From contig JARRCM010000006.1 of the NCBI GenBank assembly GCA_029982205.1, positions 9,438 to 73,437 on the forward strand: 64,000 nt of DNA. The letters are read 5' to 3'. Numbering within the stretch: the first letter of the stretch is position 1; the number at the start of each line of letters is the position of its first letter. The translations under genes were made by a program, and so were the position numbers. The notes under the pieces were generated by a model that saw only the letters and a list, made by a program, of their open reading frames with translations, was not told where the DNA came from and ran no database searches. This DNA comes from Thermosediminibacterales bacterium (GTDB lineage: Bacteria; Bacillota; Thermosediminibacteria; Koleobacterales; JARRCM01). Positions 21,650 through 30,032 of this stretch are shown one piece after another.

Positions 21650-22693
21650 TTATAGGTTCAAAGAATTAATAAAGACTGGTTTAATGATCGGCTGTTCCAG
21701 CATTGTCCCTTCAGGAAGCAGGCCTGACTTGCCTTCTATTTTTATTTTCACACTATTTATACCCGGAAACTGGGTCAGTGTCAGCAGGATTGATTTAACA
21801 AGGGTCATTTCATTAGTGATACCTCCTCCATAATTCATTACTTCTTTTGAAAGGTCAATAATGGCCATGTCTCCATTTGTTTCTATGCCTAACAACTTTG
21901 TGTCATTCGGTATTGAACTATAAAGATTTTTGCCTTTACACGGCCCTTTTATTAGTTCTTCCAAAGCAGTTTTCATTAAATTGCCCTCAGGTTTGACACG
22001 TCTTGTTACAGGAACAAAATACTGAAAACTACCGTCGGCACCTGATGAAGCAAAATAAAGGGTGATGTGGGAATACCCCGCGACATCACCCTTAACACCA
22101 TCTTCAAGATTGATCTCTTTTCTCGTTAAAGGTTCCCCAACATAAGTGCCGTGATTAAGGGTTTCAAGAATTTTCCCGTTCACCATTATTTGAACCCTGT
22201 CAACGGTTTGGAATTCTGTCAGGGTGTACACCACAGCATTCACTCCATTTTTTTCAGCCTGTGCATCTTCAAAATTCAAAAAGTTTTCATTGAAATCGAT
22301 TTTAGCCAATCCATCTCTTATAGTCATGCCTAAAATCTGAGTGCCTGATGGAAGGCTTGGCTTCAAACCCTGGGCTTCCAATTCATTCCTTAATTCATCA
22401 GTGTCGATCAGGCCCCTTACAGCAGCTTTTCCGATGCCTTCAACCCATTTGATTTCTTTCATTATCGGCACAAGGTATCCATCACTGTTTACATAGTAGA
22501 AAACCGTTTGCCTCATTCTGGTTTCACCTGCAGAAGATGCAGGCTCTTCGGGCTGCTGCTGATCAGGGATTTCCAACTCTTCCTGTTTTATTTCTCCTTC
22601 TTCTGTCTCCTTTTCTACTAGAGTCTTACATGCTGTAAAACTAAACGCCATCAACAAAATAAACACTATCAACAGGAACTTTTTAAACAGCAC
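21650..22693 (-). CDS. gerM: GerM-like sporulation/germination lipoprotein (two GerMN-type repeats)
   Basis: 347 aa with a GTG start. Lipobox LMAFSFTAC. Two similar halves, each ending in a 'V..V.I.V.GK' pattern. Position upstream of rph matches B. subtilis gerM. Confidence 0.75.
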   Translation of the reverse strand: MLFKKFLLIVFILLMAFSFTACKTLVEKETEEGEIKQEELEIPDQQQPEEPASSAGETRMRQTVFYYVNSDGYLVPIMKEIKWVEGIGKAAVRGLIDTDELRNELEAQGLKPSLPSGTQILGMTIRDGLAKIDFNENFLNFEDAQAEKNGVNAVVYTLTEFQTVDRVQIMVNGKILETLNHGTYVGEPLTRKEINLEDGVKGDVAGYSHITLYFASSGADGSFQYFVPVTRRVKPEGNLMKTALEELIKGPCKGKNLYSSIPNDTKLLGIETNGDMAIIDLSKEVMNYGGGITNEMTLVKSILLTLTQFPGINSVKIKIEGKSGLLPEGTMLEQPIIKPVFINSLNL

Positions 22694-22781
22694 TTGTTAA
22701 ACCCCCTCACAAAAAATTAAATTGTGCTTTAAGTCAAATCTACTCTTTTATTTAACTATATTAATGAGGGGGGCTAACTAT

Positions 22782-24182
22782 TCATAGTAAAACAAGATTT
22801 TTTTTCATGATTCTTAGGGCAGTTGACGGATAGTGTTTTGATAAAAGGCCCATTGCAGACAAGATATAAAGTTTGTCAAGTAAAAATGCAGGTTTTTTAG
22901 GCTTTAATATGTTTGGATTACTTTTGTCATAGATGGCTTCTTTTAATATGTTTAAAGGGTTTTTGCTATGTATAACCACTCCACCTGTTCCTACAACATA
23001 TTTTATTCCCGTCAAATCTTTACCCCATTGTAGATACTTAGGCCCAAAAGGCAGGGATGTAGGCTTTCTGTAACCCACATGCCTTTCTACGGCTAGATTC
23101 ACAGCAATTTTCGCCAGGGCTTCATCCATTTTATATTCAGATGGTGTTTGGGGCAAAATCCCCAAATCTGTTTTCACACGTTCAACCCACGACGCCAATT
23201 CCTTAATTTTAATTTCATTTGTATCATGCCGTTTTATTATTGTTTGCAATAGATTCCTCGCATTATACCTTACACCCAAATCACCTTCTACTGTTCGTTT
23301 CGCATAAGGTTCTTCCATGCCTTTTTTCAGAACATTATCATCTTCAGGGTCTCCCCATCCTATAGAATATAGATCAGTAGTAGCTCCTCCCACATCCACC
23401 AGCATTAAAGGACCTAAGCCCTCTTCTTCAGGAGTTCCGTCAGCAAGAAGCTTTGCAGCATCTAACACCGCTGAAGGTGTGGGTACAAGAGTTTCATCAA
23501 CAAAAGCATCTGCTTTTTCTAGCCCTTTAGCTTCAATGATTTTTTCAATAAACACGTCATGAATAACCTTACGGGCCGGTTCGGCGTTTAATATGTTTAG
23601 TTTAGGCATAACGTTTTCTGTTACATAAACAGTTTTTCCGCCTCTTGATAATATATCTGCCACCCTGTCTTTAACACGGAAATTTCCTGCAAACACAATC
23701 GGAACATCAATGTTTAGTTTTGAAAGCATTTTTGCATTATAAACAAGTATTTCTTCATTTCCACCATCTGTTCCGCCCACAAGCAAAAGAATATCTGGTT
23801 TCAGTGATTCAATTCTTTGTAAATCCCGGGTTTTTAACTTGTATGATAAAGTTTCTATTACTTTTGCTCCCGCTTTTAGGGCAGCTGTACGAGCAGCTTT
23901 GACTGTTAACTCCTGAACAACACCTATAGAAATCATCCGAAGCCCGCCAGCTGCACTGCTTGCAGCAAATTTATGTTTGAATTTTAGTCTTCTGCCTAAC
24001 TTTTGTTCTACTTGTGCCAGTGCGTTTTTAAAACCTGTCATTATGTCAGTATCTACAGTGGTCAAAGCCTTTGCCGTTGCAGCTATTTCCTCTTTCAACA
24101 AATCCACTACAGTTAGTTTTGTAAATGTGCTGCCGAAATCAATAAGCAAAACTAGCTCCACAACAGAATCCCTCCACATCAC
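22782..24182 (-). CDS. GlmL/MutL-like ASKHA-fold protein (methylaspartate-mutase accessory protein family)
   Basis: 466 aa. Actin-like ATPase phosphate motifs DFGSTFTK, LLVGGTDGG and VDVGGATTD. No glmS/glmE is adjacent. Confidence 0.7.
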   Translation of the reverse strand: MMWRDSVVELVLLIDFGSTFTKLTVVDLLKEEIAATAKALTTVDTDIMTGFKNALAQVEQKLGRRLKFKHKFAASSAAGGLRMISIGVVQELTVKAARTAALKAGAKVIETLSYKLKTRDLQRIESLKPDILLLVGGTDGGNEEILVYNAKMLSKLNIDVPIVFAGNFRVKDRVADILSRGGKTVYVTENVMPKLNILNAEPARKVIHDVFIEKIIEAKGLEKADAFVDETLVPTPSAVLDAAKLLADGTPEEEGLGPLMLVDVGGATTDLYSIGWGDPEDDNVLKKGMEEPYAKRTVEGDLGVRYNARNLLQTIIKRHDTNEIKIKELASWVERVKTDLGILPQTPSEYKMDEALAKIAVNLAVERHVGYRKPTSLPFGPKYLQWGKDLTGIKYVVGTGGVVIHSKNPLNILKEAIYDKSNPNILKPKKPAFLLDKLYILSAMGLLSKHYPSTALRIMKKNLVLL

Positions 24183-24724
24183 TTTGCTTTTTGGGTTCTT
24201 CTAAAATATCCGCCTCTGGTAGCACGAGCATCCATTACCGTAACAAATGCTTCAGGGTCAATTTTTTCAATATAGTCAAGCAGCCGCGGAAGGTCGCGCC
24301 GTTTTAAAGATATGTTAAGAATTTTCCTTGGCCCCTTTAAACCGAGGGCTTCTATAACAGTAACACCAAAACCCTGGGATCTTAACGTCTCTAAAAGTTC
24401 AGAACATTTGTTTTTAGGAATAACTTGAGCTGAAATGTTGCCTAAAGCTATTTTTTCTTCAATAAAACTACCCACAAAATTCCCTGTAGCAAAACCCAGC
24501 GCATACATTAGAAGGTTTAACGGATTATCCAGGTTTTTCACAACTTTATTTAAAGCAACAATATAAACACTAACTTCGAAAAATCCTATGCATGCCGCCT
24601 GTAACCGACGTCCCCTTACAATCATCAATGTTCTCAAAGTTGCAAGGCTGACGTCTATTACCCTTGCAAAAAAAATAAAAAGGTAGCCTCCAATAACTGA
24701 AAAAATCATAAAAATTACCTCCAT
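24179..24724 (-). CDS. UPF0316/DUF2179 membrane protein
   Basis: 181 aa. Three N-terminal TM helices and a C-terminal soluble domain (GFGVTVIEALG...VTVMD). Overlaps the glmL-like gene by 4 nt. Confidence 0.7.
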   Translation of the reverse strand: MEVIFMIFSVIGGYLFIFFARVIDVSLATLRTLMIVRGRRLQAACIGFFEVSVYIVALNKVVKNLDNPLNLLMYALGFATGNFVGSFIEEKIALGNISAQVIPKNKCSELLETLRSQGFGVTVIEALGLKGPRKILNISLKRRDLPRLLDYIEKIDPEAFVTVMDARATRGGYFRRTQKAK

Positions 24725-24826
24725 AATTGTATTAACAATATGGAATGTTATCAGATGTATATAGAAGTGTCAACAATATTATATAATAAAAAGAGTGATA
24801 ATATCACCCTTGATAATACCACTCTT

Positions 24827-26881
24827 TTAATCTTTCTGTTCATAGTATTTTAAAATCCCTTTATAGAGCGCTTCTGCGGCTTTTTGTCGAAACTCCGGGT
24901 CTAAAAGCTTTTTCTCGTCTTCGGGATGTGTAAGGTAGCCCACCTCTGCAAGAACTGCAGGCATTTTTGTTTCCCGTAAAACTACCAAGTTTTCCCTTTC
25001 CCAGATGCCGCGGTCAACCATACCGAGCTCTTCTACCATGGTTTCCTGTACTAATTTTGCAATTTTTTTGCTTTCACCGGAACTGCCGGAACAGTAAAGT
25101 GTTTCAACTCCCTGTATCCTATCGTTGTAATAAGCATTGATGTGTATACTGAAAAACAAATCCGCTTTCATTTCGTTCGCTATATTAGGCCTTATCTGGT
25201 AAGGAACAGTAATATCCGTAGACCTTATCATATACGTTTTTGCACCTCCATCCAGGAGAAGCTCATTTAGACGTTTAGCTATATCTAATGTAAGGTCCTT
25301 TTCTTTTACTCCCGAAGGGCTTATTGCACCCGGTTCGTCACCGCCATGGCCTGCATCAACTACTATTAACTCTTCGGATAACGGAGACTTGAAGATATCT
25401 ACGATGACCTCTTCAGTAGGGCAGGTGTTTATGATTTCATGTTTATAGTAATAAGGCAGTTTTATTACAGCAACAACTTTAATTCCTCCGTTTTCCTCAA
25501 CCTGCTTTAGTTCAATATTATCAACAATCCCGTCATCCACAGGAAGGACGTTTTGCGATATTTTAATAACAGCCTGAGGAATTTCTACAGTTAGCTGTTT
25601 ATCTTCTCTCTCCACTCTAAAATCAACAGGGTCATTTGTTTTAAAAACAAGTCTTGTCCTGTTTGAAAACTTTTTAAATCTTACTTCTTCAAGCTTTTTA
25701 TATTTATTAAAGTAAACCTTTAAACCTTCCCCTTCAACCGGTTCTACGGTATAATCTGCCTTTTCCTTTAAATCAAACACAACCCTAACCACATCCGGGT
25801 TCACTGAAAACTGTGCCATTCTTATTCTATAAAGGATTTCATCGTTAATTTCTATATTAGAACTATCTGCATTAAATTCGGCATCATGTAAATCTATAAC
25901 AATTCGATCAGGTTCCGAAAGCTCATTGACGCTGTATTCTGTGTCAAATGGAGTTTTTATCAAAGCACTCTGCCCTAATTCTTCTTTGCTGTAATCCACA
26001 CCAAACATTTGGTTTTTAAAACAAACCACAACCTGTTTTTTGTTTTCAGATGTATGTATAGAATATGACATTTCTTTCTCTAAATCTATCACAACTCTAG
26101 TTATATCAGGGTCAACTTTAAACTGTCCAACCCTTATCTGCTTTACTCCGTTTTTCCCCACGTTTACTACCGGAACCTGTAACGCCACTTTTGTGGAAGG
26201 AAAATCTAAAATCAACCTGTTCGGATTCTGTAAAAAAAGTTGTTCATACTCCACAGGCCCGGAAGCATCAATCAGAACATCCAGCCCTTCAGGTGTTTTA
26301 GCATAAGCTACATTTATAATCTGTTGAGACTTTTTAACAACTTTGACAGTTCTTGTAGAACCATCCCAGAAAACATCTGCTCCTAATGCTTCACCCACAA
26401 AACGCAATGGAACCATGGTCCGGTTGTTAAAGATCTTGGCAGATACGTCCAATGTTACTTTTTTTTCATTAATTAAAGCCTCATTTTTATCTATAGTTAA
26501 TTTGATGATTCTGTTATGGGTTTTGATTTCTACCTGGCGTTCGGAACTGTGCCAGAAAACTTCAGCTCCCAGAGTTTCCGATACTATTCGTATAGGCACC
26601 ATCGTCCTGTTTTTATATATAAGAGGAGGGGTATCAGATTTTATTGTTTTGTTATTTATTATAAGAGTAATATCATTAGACCTCTCCGCAGTTACCGGCA
26701 CAATATTTGATAGTAGAATCAATATAACAATTACTAGAAAAGCCGCTTTTTTAAACACTGCAACAGCTCCTCCCCAGATTTCTATTTTAATACTTTTTAA
26801 CCTTTTTCGACCTTTTTTGTCTAAATCCTGCAAGAAATTAATGGGATTAAAAAAAAGGCCGGTATTCGACCTTGTTTTCAA
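24827..26881 (-). CDS. N-acetylmuramoyl-L-alanine amidase with copper-amine-oxidase-N-like repeats and multiple AMIN domains
   Basis: 684 aa. Signal anchor, then two NRTMVP(I/L)R...LGA.V.W repeats. At least two clear AMIN-like units (RLILDFP...TRVVIDL and RIVIDLH...VRVVFDL) plus a third degenerate one. C-terminal Amidase_3 domain (VVDAGHGG...SIHINA...E.GYL). Confidence 0.85.
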   Translation of the reverse strand: MKTRSNTGLFFNPINFLQDLDKKGRKRLKSIKIEIWGGAVAVFKKAAFLVIVILILLSNIVPVTAERSNDITLIINNKTIKSDTPPLIYKNRTMVPIRIVSETLGAEVFWHSSERQVEIKTHNRIIKLTIDKNEALINEKKVTLDVSAKIFNNRTMVPLRFVGEALGADVFWDGSTRTVKVVKKSQQIINVAYAKTPEGLDVLIDASGPVEYEQLFLQNPNRLILDFPSTKVALQVPVVNVGKNGVKQIRVGQFKVDPDITRVVIDLEKEMSYSIHTSENKKQVVVCFKNQMFGVDYSKEELGQSALIKTPFDTEYSVNELSEPDRIVIDLHDAEFNADSSNIEINDEILYRIRMAQFSVNPDVVRVVFDLKEKADYTVEPVEGEGLKVYFNKYKKLEEVRFKKFSNRTRLVFKTNDPVDFRVEREDKQLTVEIPQAVIKISQNVLPVDDGIVDNIELKQVEENGGIKVVAVIKLPYYYKHEIINTCPTEEVIVDIFKSPLSEELIVVDAGHGGDEPGAISPSGVKEKDLTLDIAKRLNELLLDGGAKTYMIRSTDITVPYQIRPNIANEMKADLFFSIHINAYYNDRIQGVETLYCSGSSGESKKIAKLVQETMVEELGMVDRGIWERENLVVLRETKMPAVLAEVGYLTHPEDEKKLLDPEFRQKAAEALYKGILKYYEQKD

Positions 26882-26885
26882 AGAA

Positions 26886-28583
26886 TTAACTGCATGTTGT
26901 CAAAAGCCCCCCAATTGATTTTTTTTGTTTCAAGACTTTTAGAAAAGCTTCAACAACCATGGGATCAAACTGGCTGCCGGAACATCTCTGAAGTTCATCT
27001 ATTGCTCCCTCATATGTTTTAGCAACAGCTTTATACGGCCTATTAGTAGTCATGGCATCAAAACTGTCAGCAACCGAAAGTATTCTTGCACCTAGCGGAA
27101 TTTGGTCACCTTTAAGGCCGAAAGGATATCCCCCTCCGTCATAGTATTCATGATGATACAAGATAAAAGGAACAATGCAACGCAGTGACTGAACCGATTT
27201 TATTATATCAGCTCCCCAAATTGGGTGTTTTTTCATGATTTCCCATTCCTCTAAAGTCAATGGAGACTTTTTGTTCAAAAGGCCCTCATCAATTTCTATT
27301 TTTCCAATATCATGTAAATAAGCAGCGTATTTAAGAATTCTTTTATCTTTATCAGAAAGCTGTAGTTGATCTGCAATAAGCTGAACATAAGCAGCAACCC
27401 GCTCAGAATGACCGTATGTATACCTGTCTTTAGCATTTATTATACTTATAAGGGTTTTTGCGGTTTCTATCACCTTTTGATCAGATTGATTCAAATCCTT
27501 TTTCAGATTATCCAGCACGGAAAAATAAAGTTCAACTTTATTTCTGCTTATATACTTGGCTTTATATAGAGCTTCGTCTGCTGCCCTGATAAGAGAATCT
27601 TTATCTTTCGCATTATCCGGATAGATTCCTATACCTATTGACACCGTCAATTTGCGTTTCAATGTGTTCTCAATTCCCGTAAATGGGAACTTCTCTAAAT
27701 TCGACCTTATTCTTTCAGCCACTTTTTGGGCAGAGTTTGCATTTGTTTCAGGCATTATTATGGCAAATTCATCTCCCCCGTAGCGTGCCGGTATGTCTGT
27801 TGCCCTTGTGTAATGCATCAAAAGTTTCCCTATCTGTTTCAAAATCATATCCCCTCTATGATGGCCGTTAGCATCATTATAAAATTTAAAATGGTCTATA
27901 TCCAACATTATTAAGGCCAACTTTGAATTCTTTTCTTCGGCTTTGTTTATTTCACGTTCCAACCTCTCCTGGAAGTACCTGTGATTATATAAACCCGTTA
28001 ATCCATCCCGGTTTGCCAAGGCAGTTAATGTCTTCCTGAAACCCATTTCTGTCTCAACCATTGAGCCTATTATCCAGCCGGCCATAAAAAAAATACCTAT
28101 TAAGACAATATCCGATTCTAAGTAGATGTTGCGGGATAAGTGCATATTTAAAACAAAGTCATTAAACAATACCCCTAAAGTAGATAATAATGAAGTTGTT
28201 ATGCCTATTTTCTTTCCATGTCTTAATGAATAAACGATTATTGCAAGAAGATAAAGGTCTTTAAACCTGCTTTCATGCGCACCTGTAAAATACACTATTG
28301 TTGTCAAAAAAACAATTGTAAAAAGTAAGTACAGGTAATGTGACTTTGTTAAAGAAGTATTTATATCTTTTTTATTTGAATATATCTCCCATATTTTCAC
28401 TAAAACAAAGAAAAAGAAATAAAAAACAGCAAGAATACTTATGGTTAAAGTAGATGTATTCATTTCCAAAGGCATATAGCTTATTAAAGCAACCACAATT
28501 AAAAATAAAGAAAATATTTTTATAATCGCTATTAAGTCATTAAGTTTTTTTACCCGCTCTCTTTCATATCTCTGCATAAACAC
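26886..28583 (-). CDS. Membrane-bound GGDEF diguanylate cyclase fused to an HD-GYP phosphodiesterase
   Basis: 565 aa. About 5-6 N-terminal TM helices. GGDEF domain with intact RYGGDEF and an RATD I-site 5 residues upstream. HD-GYP domain with HSERV, LHDIGK and HHEYYDGGGYP. Confidence 0.9.
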   Translation of the reverse strand: MFMQRYERERVKKLNDLIAIIKIFSLFLIVVALISYMPLEMNTSTLTISILAVFYFFFFVLVKIWEIYSNKKDINTSLTKSHYLYLLFTIVFLTTIVYFTGAHESRFKDLYLLAIIVYSLRHGKKIGITTSLLSTLGVLFNDFVLNMHLSRNIYLESDIVLIGIFFMAGWIIGSMVETEMGFRKTLTALANRDGLTGLYNHRYFQERLEREINKAEEKNSKLALIMLDIDHFKFYNDANGHHRGDMILKQIGKLLMHYTRATDIPARYGGDEFAIIMPETNANSAQKVAERIRSNLEKFPFTGIENTLKRKLTVSIGIGIYPDNAKDKDSLIRAADEALYKAKYISRNKVELYFSVLDNLKKDLNQSDQKVIETAKTLISIINAKDRYTYGHSERVAAYVQLIADQLQLSDKDKRILKYAAYLHDIGKIEIDEGLLNKKSPLTLEEWEIMKKHPIWGADIIKSVQSLRCIVPFILYHHEYYDGGGYPFGLKGDQIPLGARILSVADSFDAMTTNRPYKAVAKTYEGAIDELQRCSGSQFDPMVVEAFLKVLKQKKSIGGLLTTCS

Positions 28584-28604
28584 ACCTCAAAAACTTTTTA
28601 ACAG

Positions 28605-28640
28605 TGAAAGAAAAGGTAAGCTCAGCCACCTTTTCTTTTC
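28605..28640 (-). other. Stem-loop between agrD and the GGDEF/HD-GYP gene
   Basis: Core stem GAAAAGGU/ACCUUUUC (28635-28628 pairs with 28617-28610), extendable to about 12 bp with one bulge. No U-tract directly follows. Confidence 0.5.
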
Positions 28641-28646
28641 AAAAAC

Positions 28647-28772
28647 TTATTCTTCTCTTAAAGCTTTAGGAAGTTCAGGTTGATAAAACAACAATGTACA
28701 AGCTGAAGCAGCACTTGCCTGAGCCACCAGGGTCAATAATGCAACTCCAAGCGCAAACAGCATTTTTTTCAT
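28647..28772 (-). CDS. agrD: AgrD-type autoinducing-peptide precursor (41 aa), absent from the ORF track
   Basis: Translation is MKKMLFALGVALLTLVAQASAASACTLLFYQPELPKALREE. The ATG overlaps the agrB stop (TGATG) and GGAGG lies 9 nt upstream. Cys plus 4 residues (CTLLF) is followed by an acidic E.PK.L tail like S. aureus AgrD (CDFIM-DEVEVPKELTQLHE). Confidence 0.8.
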   Translation of the reverse strand: MKKMLFALGVALLTLVAQASAASACTLLFYQPELPKALREE

Positions 28773-29437
28773 CAAAAAACACCTCCTTTATCTTTAGTTT
28801 TTCTGTAAAACAAACTTAACCATGTCAAACCATAATCTACCTTGTTCAAAAATCTGTAACCTGTTGGGGTTATGATAAATGCCTGCCATGTCATACCAAT
28901 GATAATACTGAGTATGTATTCAGGATCTAATTTAAAGAAAATCAGCAGAACAGCAAGAGCGAAATATAAAATAACAATTGTAACAGATATTCTCCTTAAA
29001 CCTGTTTTCTTTTTATTTGAAATAGGTTTTGCAGGGGTATCTGCAGGTGAGTATTTCATAAAAGAGCTTAAACTGATTAACAAAGATATAAAACTTGCAA
29101 ACAGCATAAAATAAATATTACTTACATTTTGTGAAACGTAATATGTCAACAACCCTAAACTTGGAAAAAATATGGAACCGAAAAAGTTGCATTTAAACGG
29201 TGTCGAACAGTGTGCGCCTCCTGCAAAAACTCTTAAAATACCTGCAGCTATCGTAATAGTTAATGTCGTTTCTAATACTCCCAAAAACATCGAAACAATA
29301 ATAACAAAAAAAAGTCCTATTGTAATTGACATCACTACATTAAGCGAGTATTCAACAACTTCTCGCTTATCTTCATCTAAAGAGAGTTCGTCTTTCAGGA
29401 TAAATGAAATTTTTGAAGAAATTTCGCTAATCGACAT
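28772..29437 (-). CDS. agrB: AgrB-family membrane endopeptidase (AIP maturation)
   Basis: 221 aa, polytopic. The LRVFAGGAHCSTPFKC motif has His and Cys 7 residues apart, like the catalytic H77/C84 of S. aureus AgrB. Confidence 0.85.
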   Translation of the reverse strand: MSISEISSKISFILKDELSLDEDKREVVEYSLNVVMSITIGLFFVIIVSMFLGVLETTLTITIAAGILRVFAGGAHCSTPFKCNFFGSIFFPSLGLLTYYVSQNVSNIYFMLFASFISLLISLSSFMKYSPADTPAKPISNKKKTGLRRISVTIVILYFALAVLLIFFKLDPEYILSIIIGMTWQAFIITPTGYRFLNKVDYGLTWLSLFYRKTKDKGGVF

Positions 29438-29933
29438 TTTTCAAACCTCTTTTATTCCTGTTAGAATCCACTTTATATTTAATAAAGCAAAATATATACA
29501 GTATAGCTAAGGATGGCAAGCCAAACATTAATCTTAACAAGTCATTACTTAACATGTAATTCAAATCATAACCGGTAATTTTCAACATCAATGTAATACT
29601 TATCCATTCTCCAATTGCTAAAAGTGCAACAGCAGAAATCATCGCTGTAATTGATTTTTTCAATTCTATACTTAGATATAGGTTGAGAATAAACATATAG
29701 ATAATCATACTTATAATTGAGTGAATACCAAATTTCACGGGAAGCATCCTTATAAAATATACAATAATACCTCCGCTCAAGCCAAAAATCAATGTATTCC
29801 TTAATGTGATTTTTTCATATTCTTTTATAACCGCCATTCCCACCAAAAAAATCCCTATAACTTCAGGAATGGCTCTTAGAAACAAAAATGAAAACGGCGC
29901 TTCAAATCTTATAACCTCCTGAGTTTGTTCCAA
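29427..29933 (-). CDS. Hypothetical 5-TM membrane protein, first gene of the agr operon
   Basis: 168 aa with about five hydrophobic helices and a basic C-terminal tail. Its stop overlaps the agrB start by 11 nt (ATGTCGATTAG). I recognise no catalytic motif. Confidence 0.6.
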   Translation of the reverse strand: MEQTQEVIRFEAPFSFLFLRAIPEVIGIFLVGMAVIKEYEKITLRNTLIFGLSGGIIVYFIRMLPVKFGIHSIISMIIYMFILNLYLSIELKKSITAMISAVALLAIGEWISITLMLKITGYDLNYMLSNDLLRLMFGLPSLAILYIFCFIKYKVDSNRNKRGLKNVD

Positions 29934-30010
29934 AATTTTCTTTATATAAAATTATACGACAAAAACTAAAAAAATCCTGCCATAATTGTAAAATTTTGTT
30001 CAAAATATTA

Positions 30011-30032
30011 ACCCTGCTTTTTAAAGCAAGGT
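30011..30032 (-). terminator. Terminator-like hairpin after the histidine kinase gene
   Basis: ACCUUGCUU-uaaaa-AAGCAGGGU immediately after the stop, followed by UAAUAUUUU. Confidence 0.5.

Noticed and set aside
22694-22781. Long-range complementarity CCCCUCA...UGAGGGG in the gerM upstream region, considered as a regulatory RNA
   Set aside because: It is only a 7-bp pairing across about 55 nt of AT-rich sequence. The 3' arm is simply the gerM Shine-Dalgarno region, and there are no conserved-looking motifs.
26343-26918. 191-aa plus-strand ORF (similar case at 35817-36392)
   Set aside because: These are antisense to the AMIN amidase and to mutL respectively. Both are explained as shadow frames of AT-rich genes.
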